From: a virus
Direction: 5' to 3' (one strand)
IMG/VR virus record: IMGVR_UViG_3300031485_000046
Length of the DNA: 64,000 nucleotides
Position numbers and translations under genes: made by a program. Positions within the stretch are counted from its first letter, which is position 1. Each line of letters begins with the position of its first letter. The notes under the pieces are model-generated. The model was not told where the DNA came from. It did no database searches and saw only the letters and a list, made by a program, of their open reading frames with translations. This document shows positions 19,427 to 28,330 of the stretch, in pieces.

Positions 19427-19645
19427 TCATTTCGCCCGCTCCTCCCAGAACCGTCTGCGTCGCTCCTCCCTGTGACGCTTGATATTCTCCCGCACCCTCT
19501 GCGTGCGGGGCGGGAACGTGTTCAGATGGGTCAGCACCGGCTCCACGCTGACAGCTCTGCCGAATTCCCTCTCCCATTCCTGGGCGTAGATTTCCTCGTA
19601 GGATAACATTTCGCGAAATCTGAGCCCCGTGCATCGTCCGCTCAT
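19427..19645 (-). CDS. small basic hypothetical protein inside a GC-rich islet
   Basis: 72 aa ORF starting 1 nt after kdsB stop; local GC visibly about 60% versus ~40% surroundings; no recognised motif. Confidence 0.3.
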   Translation of the reverse strand: MSGRCTGLRFREMLSYEEIYAQEWEREFGRAVSVEPVLTHLNTFPPRTQRVRENIKRHREERRRRFWEERAK

Positions 19646-20436
19646 TCCTTACCCTCCTTTTTTTCTATAATTTCATCATATTCATTTTCTTTACCAGAGT
19701 TTATTATACAACGAACAGCTTCCAAATCAGCAGGAGTATCTACACTAGGTCCAACTTTTTTTGCTCTTGTTATTTCTACTTTAATGGAAAAATCATGTTC
19801 TAATATTCTGAGCTGTTCCAGTGATTCTGCTGATGCCAAAGGTGTTTGTGGCATTTTGGCATAATAATGGATTAAGAAACGTCTAGTAAATCCATAAATT
19901 CCTATATGTCGGTAGATGGGATATACTTCTTCCGGATCTCTAATAAAAGGGATAGGAGACCTACTGAAATATAAAGCATCTCCATTTATTCTGAATGCCA
20001 CTTTTACTACCGATGGATCATTGATAGTAGCGGTATCTGTAATAAGGGCACATATCGTAGCAGATTCCGTAGCCCTATTTTCAGTTTTATAAAATAATGA
20101 TATTACTTCATCAATCATACAAGGATTAAGTAATGGTTCATCCCCTTGTATGTTTATCACTATATTATTATTAGAGAATTTTTTAGCTATTTCCACAACT
20201 CTACTAGTTCCGTTTGTATGATTTGGAGAAGTTAGCATAGCTTCTCCACCGAAATTATTTACAGCCTGCACGATTCTTTCATCGTCAGTAGCTACAATCA
20301 ACCGGTCAAGTAAAGTAGATCGTGAGGCTCGCTCGTACACTCTCTGGATCATTGTTTTTCCGCATATATCAGCTAGAGGTTTACCGGGGAGCCTTGTAGA
20401 ATTGTATCTAGCGGGGATAACTCCTAAAGTTATCAT
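19642..20436 (-). CDS. kdsB: 3-deoxy-manno-octulosonate cytidylyltransferase (CMP-Kdo synthetase)
   Basis: 264 aa; near-collinear with KdsB hallmark segments 'VIPARYNSTRLPGKPL', 'VATDDERI', 'QGDEPL', 'ALYFSRSPIP', 'HIGIYGF', 'EQLRILE', 'VDTPADLE' (compared from memory with E. coli KdsB). Confidence 0.85.
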   Translation of the reverse strand: MITLGVIPARYNSTRLPGKPLADICGKTMIQRVYERASRSTLLDRLIVATDDERIVQAVNNFGGEAMLTSPNHTNGTSRVVEIAKKFSNNNIVINIQGDEPLLNPCMIDEVISLFYKTENRATESATICALITDTATINDPSVVKVAFRINGDALYFSRSPIPFIRDPEEVYPIYRHIGIYGFTRRFLIHYYAKMPQTPLASAESLEQLRILEHDFSIKVEITRAKKVGPSVDTPADLEAVRCIINSGKENEYDEIIEKKEGKE

Positions 20437-20455
20437 TATTTATCACTTCCATTCA

Positions 20456-20602
20456 TTATTTAAGATTATGTGGTACTTTTTTGTCAAGTTCCAGTAATTT
20501 TGCATTAACTTTTTCTAGTTCAGCCATGAGAAATATTACCATATCGCATCTATCAGGTAGTATTTTTTCTTTACCTGTTACTTTCCTCCATAATTCTACC
20601 AT
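20456..20602 (-). CDS. small protein (48 aa), paralog of C-terminal domain of 21367..21669 product
   Basis: Own translation: MVELWRKVTGKEKILPDRCDMVIFLMAELEK... aligns with '...AVRLWRKTTGKDFIMPDRCDLVVYLMEELDK' (about 20/38 identical); below the ORF-track size cutoff. Confidence 0.4.
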   Translation of the reverse strand: MVELWRKVTGKEKILPDRCDMVIFLMAELEKVNAKLLELDKKVPHNLK

Positions 20603-20658
20603 CGGGATTTGTCCAAAGTTTCTTGTTATTGTCGTATTTCTATCCAGTTCTATAATAC

Positions 20659-21195
20659 TTATTCAGAAAGGTTGTCATGTTCACTTGCATTTTCCTCCTT
20701 TGTTGGAAGTGGTACCGGTAACTTTTCTTTTATGCAATTCATAAGGATTGTATATTTCCTTTCTTGCATCATTTCTAATGCTTTTACCATCGTTTTTCCC
20801 CAACCATTACATGAATATTTTCCTAAGTCTTTAATGTAGGCAACGTATCCTTTCATTCCGTTTAGTTCTGTAGTCATTGGCTGAATTGTAATGGAATACG
20901 GAATTTTCATCAATTCATCTATAGTGGGATCCTCGTTTCTGTTTATATTTTGTGAAATTACCGACATATTTATCATGTCAAACCTATTAGACATACGGTC
21001 AGGTACGTTAATCGTAGCACCACATCCGGAGCATCGCAAAATTAAGGAATCTAATTCTGCAATCATTTTATATGGATTTGGATACGCATACTGTATTTGG
21101 TCAAGAGTGTCAATTGGTTTAGCGCAAAGTGGGCAAATTATTTGTCTACCGTCACAAAACAATACATAACGCCCTTGTCCTATAGAAAGACTCAT
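20659..21195 (-). CDS. hypothetical protein with N-terminal zinc ribbon and HicB-like C-terminal region
   Basis: 178 aa; CxxC..CxxC; C-terminal 'YSITIQP..GYVAYIKDLGKYSCNGWGKTMVKALEMM' resembles HicB/UPF0150 pattern (weak). Confidence 0.5.
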   Translation of the reverse strand: MSLSIGQGRYVLFCDGRQIICPLCAKPIDTLDQIQYAYPNPYKMIAELDSLILRCSGCGATINVPDRMSNRFDMINMSVISQNINRNEDPTIDELMKIPYSITIQPMTTELNGMKGYVAYIKDLGKYSCNGWGKTMVKALEMMQERKYTILMNCIKEKLPVPLPTKEENASEHDNLSE

Positions 21196-21389
21196 TCTTC
21201 CATCTCCTTTTTAAGCAAAGCCTTCTGCATTTTCCCCAAAGCCGCAAACAACGTATCTTTACAACCCGTATAGATATACAGACTGCCCACAACTTTACCA
21301 TCAACGAGTACAGTATATGTAGGAGATTTGATTGGCCCATGGTTCTCTTCGAGTATTATCACTATTTCATTCCCCCTTTTCCATTTCAC
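21192..21389 (-). CDS. hypothetical small protein
   Basis: 65 aa ORF overlapping neighbours by 4 and 23 nt. Confidence 0.4.
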   Translation of the reverse strand: MKWKRGNEIVIILEENHGPIKSPTYTVLVDGKVVGSLYIYTGCKDTLFAALGKMQKALLKKEMEE

Positions 21390-21669
21390 GTATTCTACGT
21401 TTAGCTTTATCCAATTCCTCCATCAGATATACTACTAAATCACATCTGTCTGGCATGATAAAATCTTTCCCTGTTGTTTTTCGCCATAGTCTTACCGCTC
21501 TCATATCCGCTTTCCATACAATATCGAACACATTCTGGAGTTGTTTAGCGTCTTCTTTCAAGGAATCCACGAGCATTTTCATATTTTCTAACCGTTTTTT
21601 CAAGGAATCTCTCTCTTTAACCAGCTTTTCTAGTTCTTGCATGAGCAATTTTCGATCACTTTCCATCAA
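21367..21669 (-). CDS. hypothetical coiled-coil protein with C-terminal 'PDRCD' domain
   Basis: 100 aa; first gene of minus-strand operon divergent from portal gene. Confidence 0.5.
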   Translation of the reverse strand: MMESDRKLLMQELEKLVKERDSLKKRLENMKMLVDSLKEDAKQLQNVFDIVWKADMRAVRLWRKTTGKDFIMPDRCDLVVYLMEELDKAKRRIREMEKGE

Positions 21670-21796
21670 TGTCCCTCCTTATAAATTTGCGCTTCACTAT
21701 ATTATACAACACCATTTTTGCTCATTTATACATAGTTTTCCATGAAAATTGTGTTTAATTTGCAATTATAGTATACTGTATAGTTTTCTGTCATAG

Positions 21797-21825
21797 TAGA
21801 CAAAATTGAATTATGGGTATATAAT
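21797..21825 (+). promoter_or_regulatory. sigma70-like promoter TAGACA-N17-TATAAT for the late operon
   Basis: TAGACA 21797..21802, 17-nt spacer, TATAAT 21820..21825; SD AAGGAGG and portal start at 21848. Confidence 0.55.
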
Positions 21826-21847
21826 GTATTTATAATACGGTAAGGAG

Positions 21848-23308
21848 GTGAGTAGGATAGAAAATATCAGTACCAACGAATTGGTTGGGCAATTACAGCG
21901 GATTACAGCTATGGCTGAACTGGCTACAAGAATGAATGTCGGTGCTAGGATGGGAATGCAGTATGACGGCCAACGGGATATTGCAAAAGCTCTTGGCTAC
22001 CCACAAACAATACGGTACAACGACCTCCTTGCCGCATATACCCGTCAGGATATGGCGAAAGCCATTATAGATCGTCCCGTAAAATCTACTTGGCGTGGAG
22101 ATTTCAAGCTAGTAGAAACCCACAGGGACGATGATACGCAACTCGAAACAGCTTGGTCTACATTATATAGGAAATTGCACATAAAACAGAATTTCCTTAG
22201 AGTGGACAAGCTAGCCTGCCTCGGTAATTATGCTCTTCTTTTTCTTGGTTTCAATGATGTGAATAGTCCTGAAGAATTGATACGACCTGTTTCTGCTGGA
22301 GTAGGACGTGAATTGCTGTATTTGAAACCGTTTGGACAGAATGTCATTCAGATCAAAGATTGGGAAGATGATACAAGTTCACCTGAATATGGAATGCCGC
22401 TTATTTATGAAGTAGACATTGGAGAAGCATCATCTAAAAAGAGCCGAACTGTCAGCATCCATCGGTCAAGGATTGTTCATGTAGCTTTCGACCTACTTGA
22501 ATCAGAGTATGAAGGTGCTCCTGTTCTAGAAGTTGTTTTTAACCGTCTGAAAGACCTTGAAAAGCTAGTAGGCGGTTCTGCTGAAATGTTCTGGAGAGGT
22601 GCTAGACCTGGATATGCAGGTAAAATTGATCCAGAATACATGCTGACGAAAGATACGGAAGAGGGATTGAAACGCCAGCTGGATGAGTTTGAAAATAATC
22701 TGCGAAGGATACTCATGCTTGAAGGTGTTACACTCGATAGCCTTGAGCCGCAGGTAGTTGACCCGTCTATGCACGTTGATATCCAGATTCAGATGATTTC
22801 TGCTATTACTGGTATTCCTAAGAGAATTCTTACAGGAAGTGAGCGAGGTGATCTTGCTTCTACGCAAGACAAAGATAACTGGCTCGACCTTATCCAAATG
22901 CGACGGGAAGAATATGCTGAACCTAAGATCATTCGAGCAACCATTGACCGTTGTATTGAATTTGGTGTGCTTCCTAAGCCTGAAAAGGAAACATACAAAA
23001 TAAAATGGCAGGATCTTTATGCACCGTCTGTTAAGGATCAAGCGGACATTGGGCAGATACGTTCGCTTGCCTTGAAACATTATACGTACAATCCTGAAGC
23101 AGAGCAGTTTATCCCGTTTGAAGCGTTCCTTACATTCTTCCTTGGTTTGGAAGATGAGGAAGTGGAGTATATCAAAAAGCTCCAGCAAACAAGTGAAAGG
23201 ATATTGACGCCTGAATTAAAGGAACTTGCGAATGAAAATGCACCAACACGGAGAGAACGCCCTCCGCGGAGAGGAATACCTCGAGAGGATGAAGAACTAG
23301 AAAAGTGA
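21848..23308 (+). CDS. portal protein (DUF1073-like)
   Basis: 486 aa first gene of late operon, followed by head-morphogenesis and capsid genes; acidic C-terminus; family assignment from remembered patterns and gene order. Confidence 0.65.
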   Translation: MSRIENISTNELVGQLQRITAMAELATRMNVGARMGMQYDGQRDIAKALGYPQTIRYNDLLAAYTRQDMAKAIIDRPVKSTWRGDFKLVETHRDDDTQLETAWSTLYRKLHIKQNFLRVDKLACLGNYALLFLGFNDVNSPEELIRPVSAGVGRELLYLKPFGQNVIQIKDWEDDTSSPEYGMPLIYEVDIGEASSKKSRTVSIHRSRIVHVAFDLLESEYEGAPVLEVVFNRLKDLEKLVGGSAEMFWRGARPGYAGKIDPEYMLTKDTEEGLKRQLDEFENNLRRILMLEGVTLDSLEPQVVDPSMHVDIQIQMISAITGIPKRILTGSERGDLASTQDKDNWLDLIQMRREEYAEPKIIRATIDRCIEFGVLPKPEKETYKIKWQDLYAPSVKDQADIGQIRSLALKHYTYNPEAEQFIPFEAFLTFFLGLEDEEVEYIKKLQQTSERILTPELKELANENAPTRRERPPRRGIPREDEELEK

Positions 23309-23448
23309 GCAGGCTATTGGGGCAGACTAGGGAAATAACTACACTTACTTATAATGGGCAGGTTTATTTGCCCTAGTCTGCTTCTCCTGCTCCAGCTATT
23401 CTTCATTCTCCTGATAATATAGATTGCAAAGGAGGTGGTGATTAAACA

Positions 23449-24873
23449 ATGACAACCGCAGTAATCAGTATGTATCAGGTGCAGGCAAATAATTATGAAA
23501 TTCGTATGGAAACGTACATGGGAAGAAAGCATTTGATCGTTCCTGTAGTGATGATGGTAGAAGGTGTGCATTGTGGTAGTGCTGGCCCGTTGTTTCATTC
23601 AATAGAAGAGCTTGGTAAGTACCCTGATTCTTGGAATGGAATCCCTGTTTCTATTCAGCATCCCGAGCAAGATGGGCAGTATATTTCCGCAAACAGTCCT
23701 GAAGTTCTTGAACGGCAGACTGTTGGGCAGGTTTTCAATACGTTTGTTGATGGAAATAAGCTAAAAGCAGAGTGCTGGATTGACATTGAACGTATTACCA
23801 CTATTAGTCCAGAAGCATACGCATATCTCCAGAATAAACGACCTCTGGAAGTGAGTATTGGTGTGTTTTCAGATGATATTCCACAAGAAGGCGATTGGAA
23901 CGGAGAACATTATATAGCTGTTGCCACCAATCATCGTCCTGATCATCTTGCTCTTCTTCCTGGTGGCAGAGGTGCGTGTTCCTGGGCAGATGGAGCAGGT
24001 ATCAGAGCCAATTCTATGAAGAAAGGAGGAGAGCCGGTGGATATTACTGCAACGATAAAGGATCTTGTGTGTAAAGGATATGGAGTTCTATCGTATCAGA
24101 GTAATGAAGGTTTTCGTTCCATTATGTCGCAGATACAGGATGTGCTCAATGGGTACGATACGGGTCTAAAACTGCATTATCTGTCGGAAGTATACGAGGA
24201 TTTTTTCGTATATGAGGTGAATTCTCGTATCAATCCAGAAACCTACATTACATCCGTAAAGTATTACAAACGTCCGTATTCTGTTAATGAAGATGGAAAA
24301 GTTACGCTGGGAGATGTAGCTACGGAAGTGATGCGCAAAATTGTGTATGATGAGGTTAAAACTAATTCCAAGTATCGAAGAAAGGATGATGTGAAAGTGG
24401 ACAAAGCAAAAATGGATATTCTGGTCCAGAGCGGAGTGTTTTCCGAAGCTGACCAGGAGTGGCTTACGGGACTCGATGCCGAGCGCCTTGATAAGCTGGT
24501 TACTGCTTGCACTAAGAAAGTGGAAACTCCGCAGGCGAATGAGGCGAAAGTGGATATTCCCACAGTCATTCAGGCACTGGCTGAACAGTTTAAGACTCCT
24601 GAGCAGTACATCCAGCTGATGCCGGAAGAAATGCGTGATCAGATGGAATCGGGACTGAAACTGCACAGGGAACAGCGTCAGGCAGTCATTGACAAGATCA
24701 AGGCGTTCAATGTATTTTCGGAAGAAGAGCTTCAGAAAAAATCTATGGATGAACTGAACAAGATTTCTAAGCTGATTCCTGCGCCTAGGGATTATTCGCT
24801 TGCCGGAGCCAAATCTGTCAATACGAATACGGAAACTGAGGAAGTTCTGCTTCCTCTCGGGCTGAAAGCCTAA
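23449..24873 (+). CDS. head morphogenesis protein (putative prohead protease/scaffold, DUF2213-like)
   Basis: 474 aa between portal and capsid genes; SD AAAGGAGG; coiled-coil-rich C-terminal half consistent with scaffold function. Confidence 0.55.
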   Translation: MTTAVISMYQVQANNYEIRMETYMGRKHLIVPVVMMVEGVHCGSAGPLFHSIEELGKYPDSWNGIPVSIQHPEQDGQYISANSPEVLERQTVGQVFNTFVDGNKLKAECWIDIERITTISPEAYAYLQNKRPLEVSIGVFSDDIPQEGDWNGEHYIAVATNHRPDHLALLPGGRGACSWADGAGIRANSMKKGGEPVDITATIKDLVCKGYGVLSYQSNEGFRSIMSQIQDVLNGYDTGLKLHYLSEVYEDFFVYEVNSRINPETYITSVKYYKRPYSVNEDGKVTLGDVATEVMRKIVYDEVKTNSKYRRKDDVKVDKAKMDILVQSGVFSEADQEWLTGLDAERLDKLVTACTKKVETPQANEAKVDIPTVIQALAEQFKTPEQYIQLMPEEMRDQMESGLKLHREQRQAVIDKIKAFNVFSEEELQKKSMDELNKISKLIPAPRDYSLAGAKSVNTNTETEEVLLPLGLKA

Positions 24874-24894
24874 TAAAAAGGAGGGTAAAAGAAT

Positions 24895-25386
24895 ATGGCG
24901 TACAATACCATCAAAGTTAAGAAGTATTCGGATGTTATTGAGGAGAAAGTTGCCAGTGCGGCAATCACTCCGGGTATGCTTCTCATCATTGAAAGTGCAG
25001 GTACTGTGAAAGCGCACGATCAGGCGGATAAGGACGCATTTCCTATTTTCGCACTTGAGGACGAACTTCAGGGCAAAGGGATTGATGATGCGTATGCAGC
25101 GAATGACCCTGTCCAGTGCTGGATTCCCTATCGCGGAGATATTGTGAATGCTATTCTCGCTGACGGACAGAAGGTTGTTATTGGGGATCCTCTTACCAGT
25201 GATGGCTACGGTCGCCTGAAGAAGCATGTTACCGACGTTGGTGCGTCTGCGGCTGAACTTGTTTCCGTGTACCCGCTACAGATTGTTGGGTATGCCGCCG
25301 AAGCTCTTGACCTGTCTGGTTCTAGCGGAGCCGAAGTTTCAGGCCCTCTCGGCTATCACAAGCGCCTGCTCGTCAGGATTGCGTAA
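24895..25386 (+). CDS. hypothetical head structural/decoration protein
   Basis: 163 aa immediately upstream of major capsid gene; SD AAGGAGGG. Confidence 0.55.
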   Translation: MAYNTIKVKKYSDVIEEKVASAAITPGMLLIIESAGTVKAHDQADKDAFPIFALEDELQGKGIDDAYAANDPVQCWIPYRGDIVNAILADGQKVVIGDPLTSDGYGRLKKHVTDVGASAAELVSVYPLQIVGYAAEALDLSGSSGAEVSGPLGYHKRLLVRIA

Positions 25387-25413
25387 TCACAAACATAAGG
25401 AGGAGTGCTGAAT

Positions 25414-26535
25414 ATGGAACCCAATGTCTATATGGATTTTCTTGCTAACGGAGCGGCTCAGGGAGAAGTTGCCCAGAACCTTCAGGTGAATGGTCGGCTT
25501 GATCCTGCTATGCTTCGTCCGTATATTGGAAGGGATGGAGCATCCTACATCACCGTCTGCAAACACGGTGCTGATCCCAAGGATCCTAAGAGTTATCAGT
25601 CTATCCGCGTGAATTCTGGTGCAACTCTTCGCAGAGAAGAGTGGCAGTATCTGGACGAGGCTGTTCTCAATGTTTCTCGGTATCGTCTTGGCGGTATTGC
25701 TGACCTTGAGGCAAACGGACTTGTTTACAACCTCAACAATGCTATGGGAACCACCGTTCTTGAGTACCATGATGTATCTGACGCTTTCGAGGCAGAACTT
25801 ACGATGGATGGGGTTACTAGGAGCAAGGGAGACCGTGTGAATTTCGGTGCAAAGTACCTGCCCATTCCTATCATTCATGTGGACTACGAGATTAATGCTC
25901 GTGTTCTTGCCGCTTCTCGTAGCCTTGGTAATGCGCTCGATACGACTCAGGCAGAAGTTGCCGCTCGTAAGGTTATGGAGAAGCTAGAGAAAATGATGTT
26001 CACCAGCGAAACTTACTCGTTTGGTGGGGGAACAATCTATTCTCTTGTCAATCATCCTCATCGTAATCCTGTTACTCTCACGGTGAATTGGGATGATAGT
26101 ACGTCTACTTCTTCTGGTGATCCTGTCATTACAGGTGCAAAGATCATTCAGGATGTTCTTGCTATGAAGCAGGCAAGCATTGATGCTTACCACTATGGTC
26201 CCTGGATGCTATACATTCCGACCGCATACGAAACAGTCCTTGACTCGGATTATGATACCGTTACGCCTGGCACTACGATTCGGGAGAGGATTATGAAGAT
26301 CGAAGGTATCAAAGGTATCAAGGTTATTGATGTACTCGCTTCCAATAACGTGCTCCTTGTGCAGATGACCCCCGATGTGGTTCGCCTTGTGAAGGGCATG
26401 GCTATTCAGAACGTGGAATGGCAGACTGAGGGACGCTTCATCAATAAGTACAAAGTTATGACGATCCAGGTTCCTCAGGTTCGTTCTGACTACAACCAGA
26501 AGAGCGGCATCGTTCATCTCGCTCCTGCACCCTAA
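25414..26535 (+). CDS. major capsid protein (DUF2184-like)
   Basis: ATG 25414 with SD AAGGAGGA 9 nt upstream (track begins GTG 25405); ~373 aa; position after portal/scaffold. Confidence 0.7.
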   Translation: MEPNVYMDFLANGAAQGEVAQNLQVNGRLDPAMLRPYIGRDGASYITVCKHGADPKDPKSYQSIRVNSGATLRREEWQYLDEAVLNVSRYRLGGIADLEANGLVYNLNNAMGTTVLEYHDVSDAFEAELTMDGVTRSKGDRVNFGAKYLPIPIIHVDYEINARVLAASRSLGNALDTTQAEVAARKVMEKLEKMMFTSETYSFGGGTIYSLVNHPHRNPVTLTVNWDDSTSTSSGDPVITGAKIIQDVLAMKQASIDAYHYGPWMLYIPTAYETVLDSDYDTVTPGTTIRERIMKIEGIKGIKVIDVLASNNVLLVQMTPDVVRLVKGMAIQNVEWQTEGRFINKYKVMTIQVPQVRSDYNQKSGIVHLAPAP

Positions 26536-26582
26536 AGGTTAATATCAGGCTAATCACGCCTATATAAAGGAGGCATGTAAAA

Positions 26583-27011
26583 ATGGTTGAAAGTAAGGCA
26601 GTAAAGAAAAAGGTAGTAAAGAAAAAGGTTGTTGAAAAGAAAGAACCTGAAATTACTACTTCCAAAACTGAGGTGATTACTCCTCAGATTGTTGTTACCC
26701 CTCCGGGAATGTGTACATGGAGGAAAAAGGAAGGTGCTACATTCAGGCTTGGTAATGGTAAGAAAGTAAAGCCGAATGAAGTATTCAAGGCGTATCCTCG
26801 TGAAATTCCGCCTGCATTTCGTGACCTGTTTGAATTGCTTGAAGGTGATGAGAATGCTGTGGAACGAGTGATTACCGCTCCTTCTAAGTTTGCTATTGGT
26901 GAACGTGAAGACGGTATGTTTGATGTAGTTGATCCTGATGGTAAGTGTATCAATGATGTTCCGCTCGGTAAAGAGGATGCCGAAAAACTGCTTATAGCAC
27001 TCTCTACTTGA
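26583..27011 (+). CDS. hypothetical protein with Lys-rich N-terminus
   Basis: 142 aa; SD AAAGGAGG; 'KKKVVKKKVVEKK' tract; lies between capsid gene and transferase cassette. Confidence 0.55.
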   Translation: MVESKAVKKKVVKKKVVEKKEPEITTSKTEVITPQIVVTPPGMCTWRKKEGATFRLGNGKKVKPNEVFKAYPREIPPAFRDLFELLEGDENAVERVITAPSKFAIGEREDGMFDVVDPDGKCINDVPLGKEDAEKLLIALST

Positions 27012-27015
27012 TACA

Positions 27016-27729
27016 ATGCGGGCGTGGAATACTCCGAGGATATGGGATAAAGGTGAATGTTGGATAATAGGAGGAGGACCTTCTATTATGCGACAGTTCC
27101 ATATTCCTGAGAATGTGATTGAGGCGGTTAGAGAAAAAAGATTACCGCTTTCTGCATATTCTCCGTACATGGAAAGCATTCATTCTAAGCATATCATCGG
27201 AGTAAACATGGCATTCCAGCTAGGAAATTGGGTTGATTTTTGTTTCTTCGGAGACGATGGTTGGTTTCGGGACCATAGAAAAGAATTAGCCCAATTTACT
27301 GGTGTAAGGGTATCTTGCGCACCTATGTTCAGTAAAAATACGTACCATGCAGATAATGGGGAACGTATTAAGTACCTAGCGCAGGATCCTAAAAAATCAC
27401 ACGGTATTAGTGAAGTACCTTACACCGTATGTTGGAATGCAAATAGCGGAGCGGCGGCAATCAGCCTAGCTTCTCATCTAGGTGCTAAAAAGATTGTTCT
27501 GTTAGGATTCGATATGCAGTTAGATCCTAATGGAAATAGTCATTGGCACAAAGAGTATCAAATGAATCCAGCAAAACGATCCGTGTTTCCTCGACACCTT
27601 AGAGGGTTTCCAATTATCGCCGCGGATGCTAAACGGATGGGCATCGAAATACTAAATGCCTCACCTGAAAGCGTAATAGACGATTTTCCTAAAATGACAG
27701 TGGAGGCGATATTGAATGGTTCTCCATAA
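27016..27729 (+). CDS. CstII/Maf-like (GT42/DUF115-type) ulosonic-acid transferase-like protein
   Basis: 237 aa; 'IIGGGPS' N-terminus and 'NSGAAAISLASHLGAKKIVLLGFD' core resemble CstII 'IIAGNGPS' and 'SGVYMCAVAIALGYKEIYLSGIDF' (recalled, not searched). Confidence 0.55.
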   Translation: MRAWNTPRIWDKGECWIIGGGPSIMRQFHIPENVIEAVREKRLPLSAYSPYMESIHSKHIIGVNMAFQLGNWVDFCFFGDDGWFRDHRKELAQFTGVRVSCAPMFSKNTYHADNGERIKYLAQDPKKSHGISEVPYTVCWNANSGAAAISLASHLGAKKIVLLGFDMQLDPNGNSHWHKEYQMNPAKRSVFPRHLRGFPIIAADAKRMGIEILNASPESVIDDFPKMTVEAILNGSP

Positions 27730-28330
27730 AAACAATATCGCGGTTATAGGACACGGTCCTAGCACTCGTGGAAGGAAACTAGGCAGTTTCATTAACCTTT
27801 GTGATACGGTCATTCGCATGATCGAATGTGATTGGCAGGATGCAGAAGATTACGGTAGTAAATATACGATCGGTGTATATGCTACGGGAGGATCTGACGA
27901 TTTTACAAAGGTGATTGAACGAAAGCCTTCTCTTTGCTGGTGGGTGTACGTTGCGGCTGGAACCCGTCCTTCTACGGCGATGAATGATGATACAGTAGAT
28001 GCTCCAGGTGTTGCGGGTCGTCCGATACGGTGGTTACGAAGAACCGTATGGGATTGGATCGGTGATAATAAAAAGTTCTCTAGAGGTACTGCTGCCGCGA
28101 TTGCGTCTATGGCGATCCTAAAACCCACTACAGTTCATTTAGTTGGGTTTGATGATGTTGCAAGGGGTGGAATGCTGAAAGGAGCATATCATCCTCCTGA
28201 GTTGCAACAGTACCTCAAAGAACAAGGAAAGACACTTGCCAGAAGTGAAACAGACCATGATTGGAATAATGAAGGCACCGTACTCCAACGTGCCGCAGAC
28301 TATTACGGAGTTGAGGTGAATTTTCTATGA
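27716..28330 (+). CDS. CstII/Maf-like transferase-like protein (paralog of 27016..27729)
   Basis: 204 aa; 'IAVIGHGPS' and 'SRGTAAAIASMAILKPTTVHLVGFD' mirror the upstream paralog. Confidence 0.55.
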   Translation: MVLHKNNIAVIGHGPSTRGRKLGSFINLCDTVIRMIECDWQDAEDYGSKYTIGVYATGGSDDFTKVIERKPSLCWWVYVAAGTRPSTAMNDDTVDAPGVAGRPIRWLRRTVWDWIGDNKKFSRGTAAAIASMAILKPTTVHLVGFDDVARGGMLKGAYHPPELQQYLKEQGKTLARSETDHDWNNEGTVLQRAADYYGVEVNFL

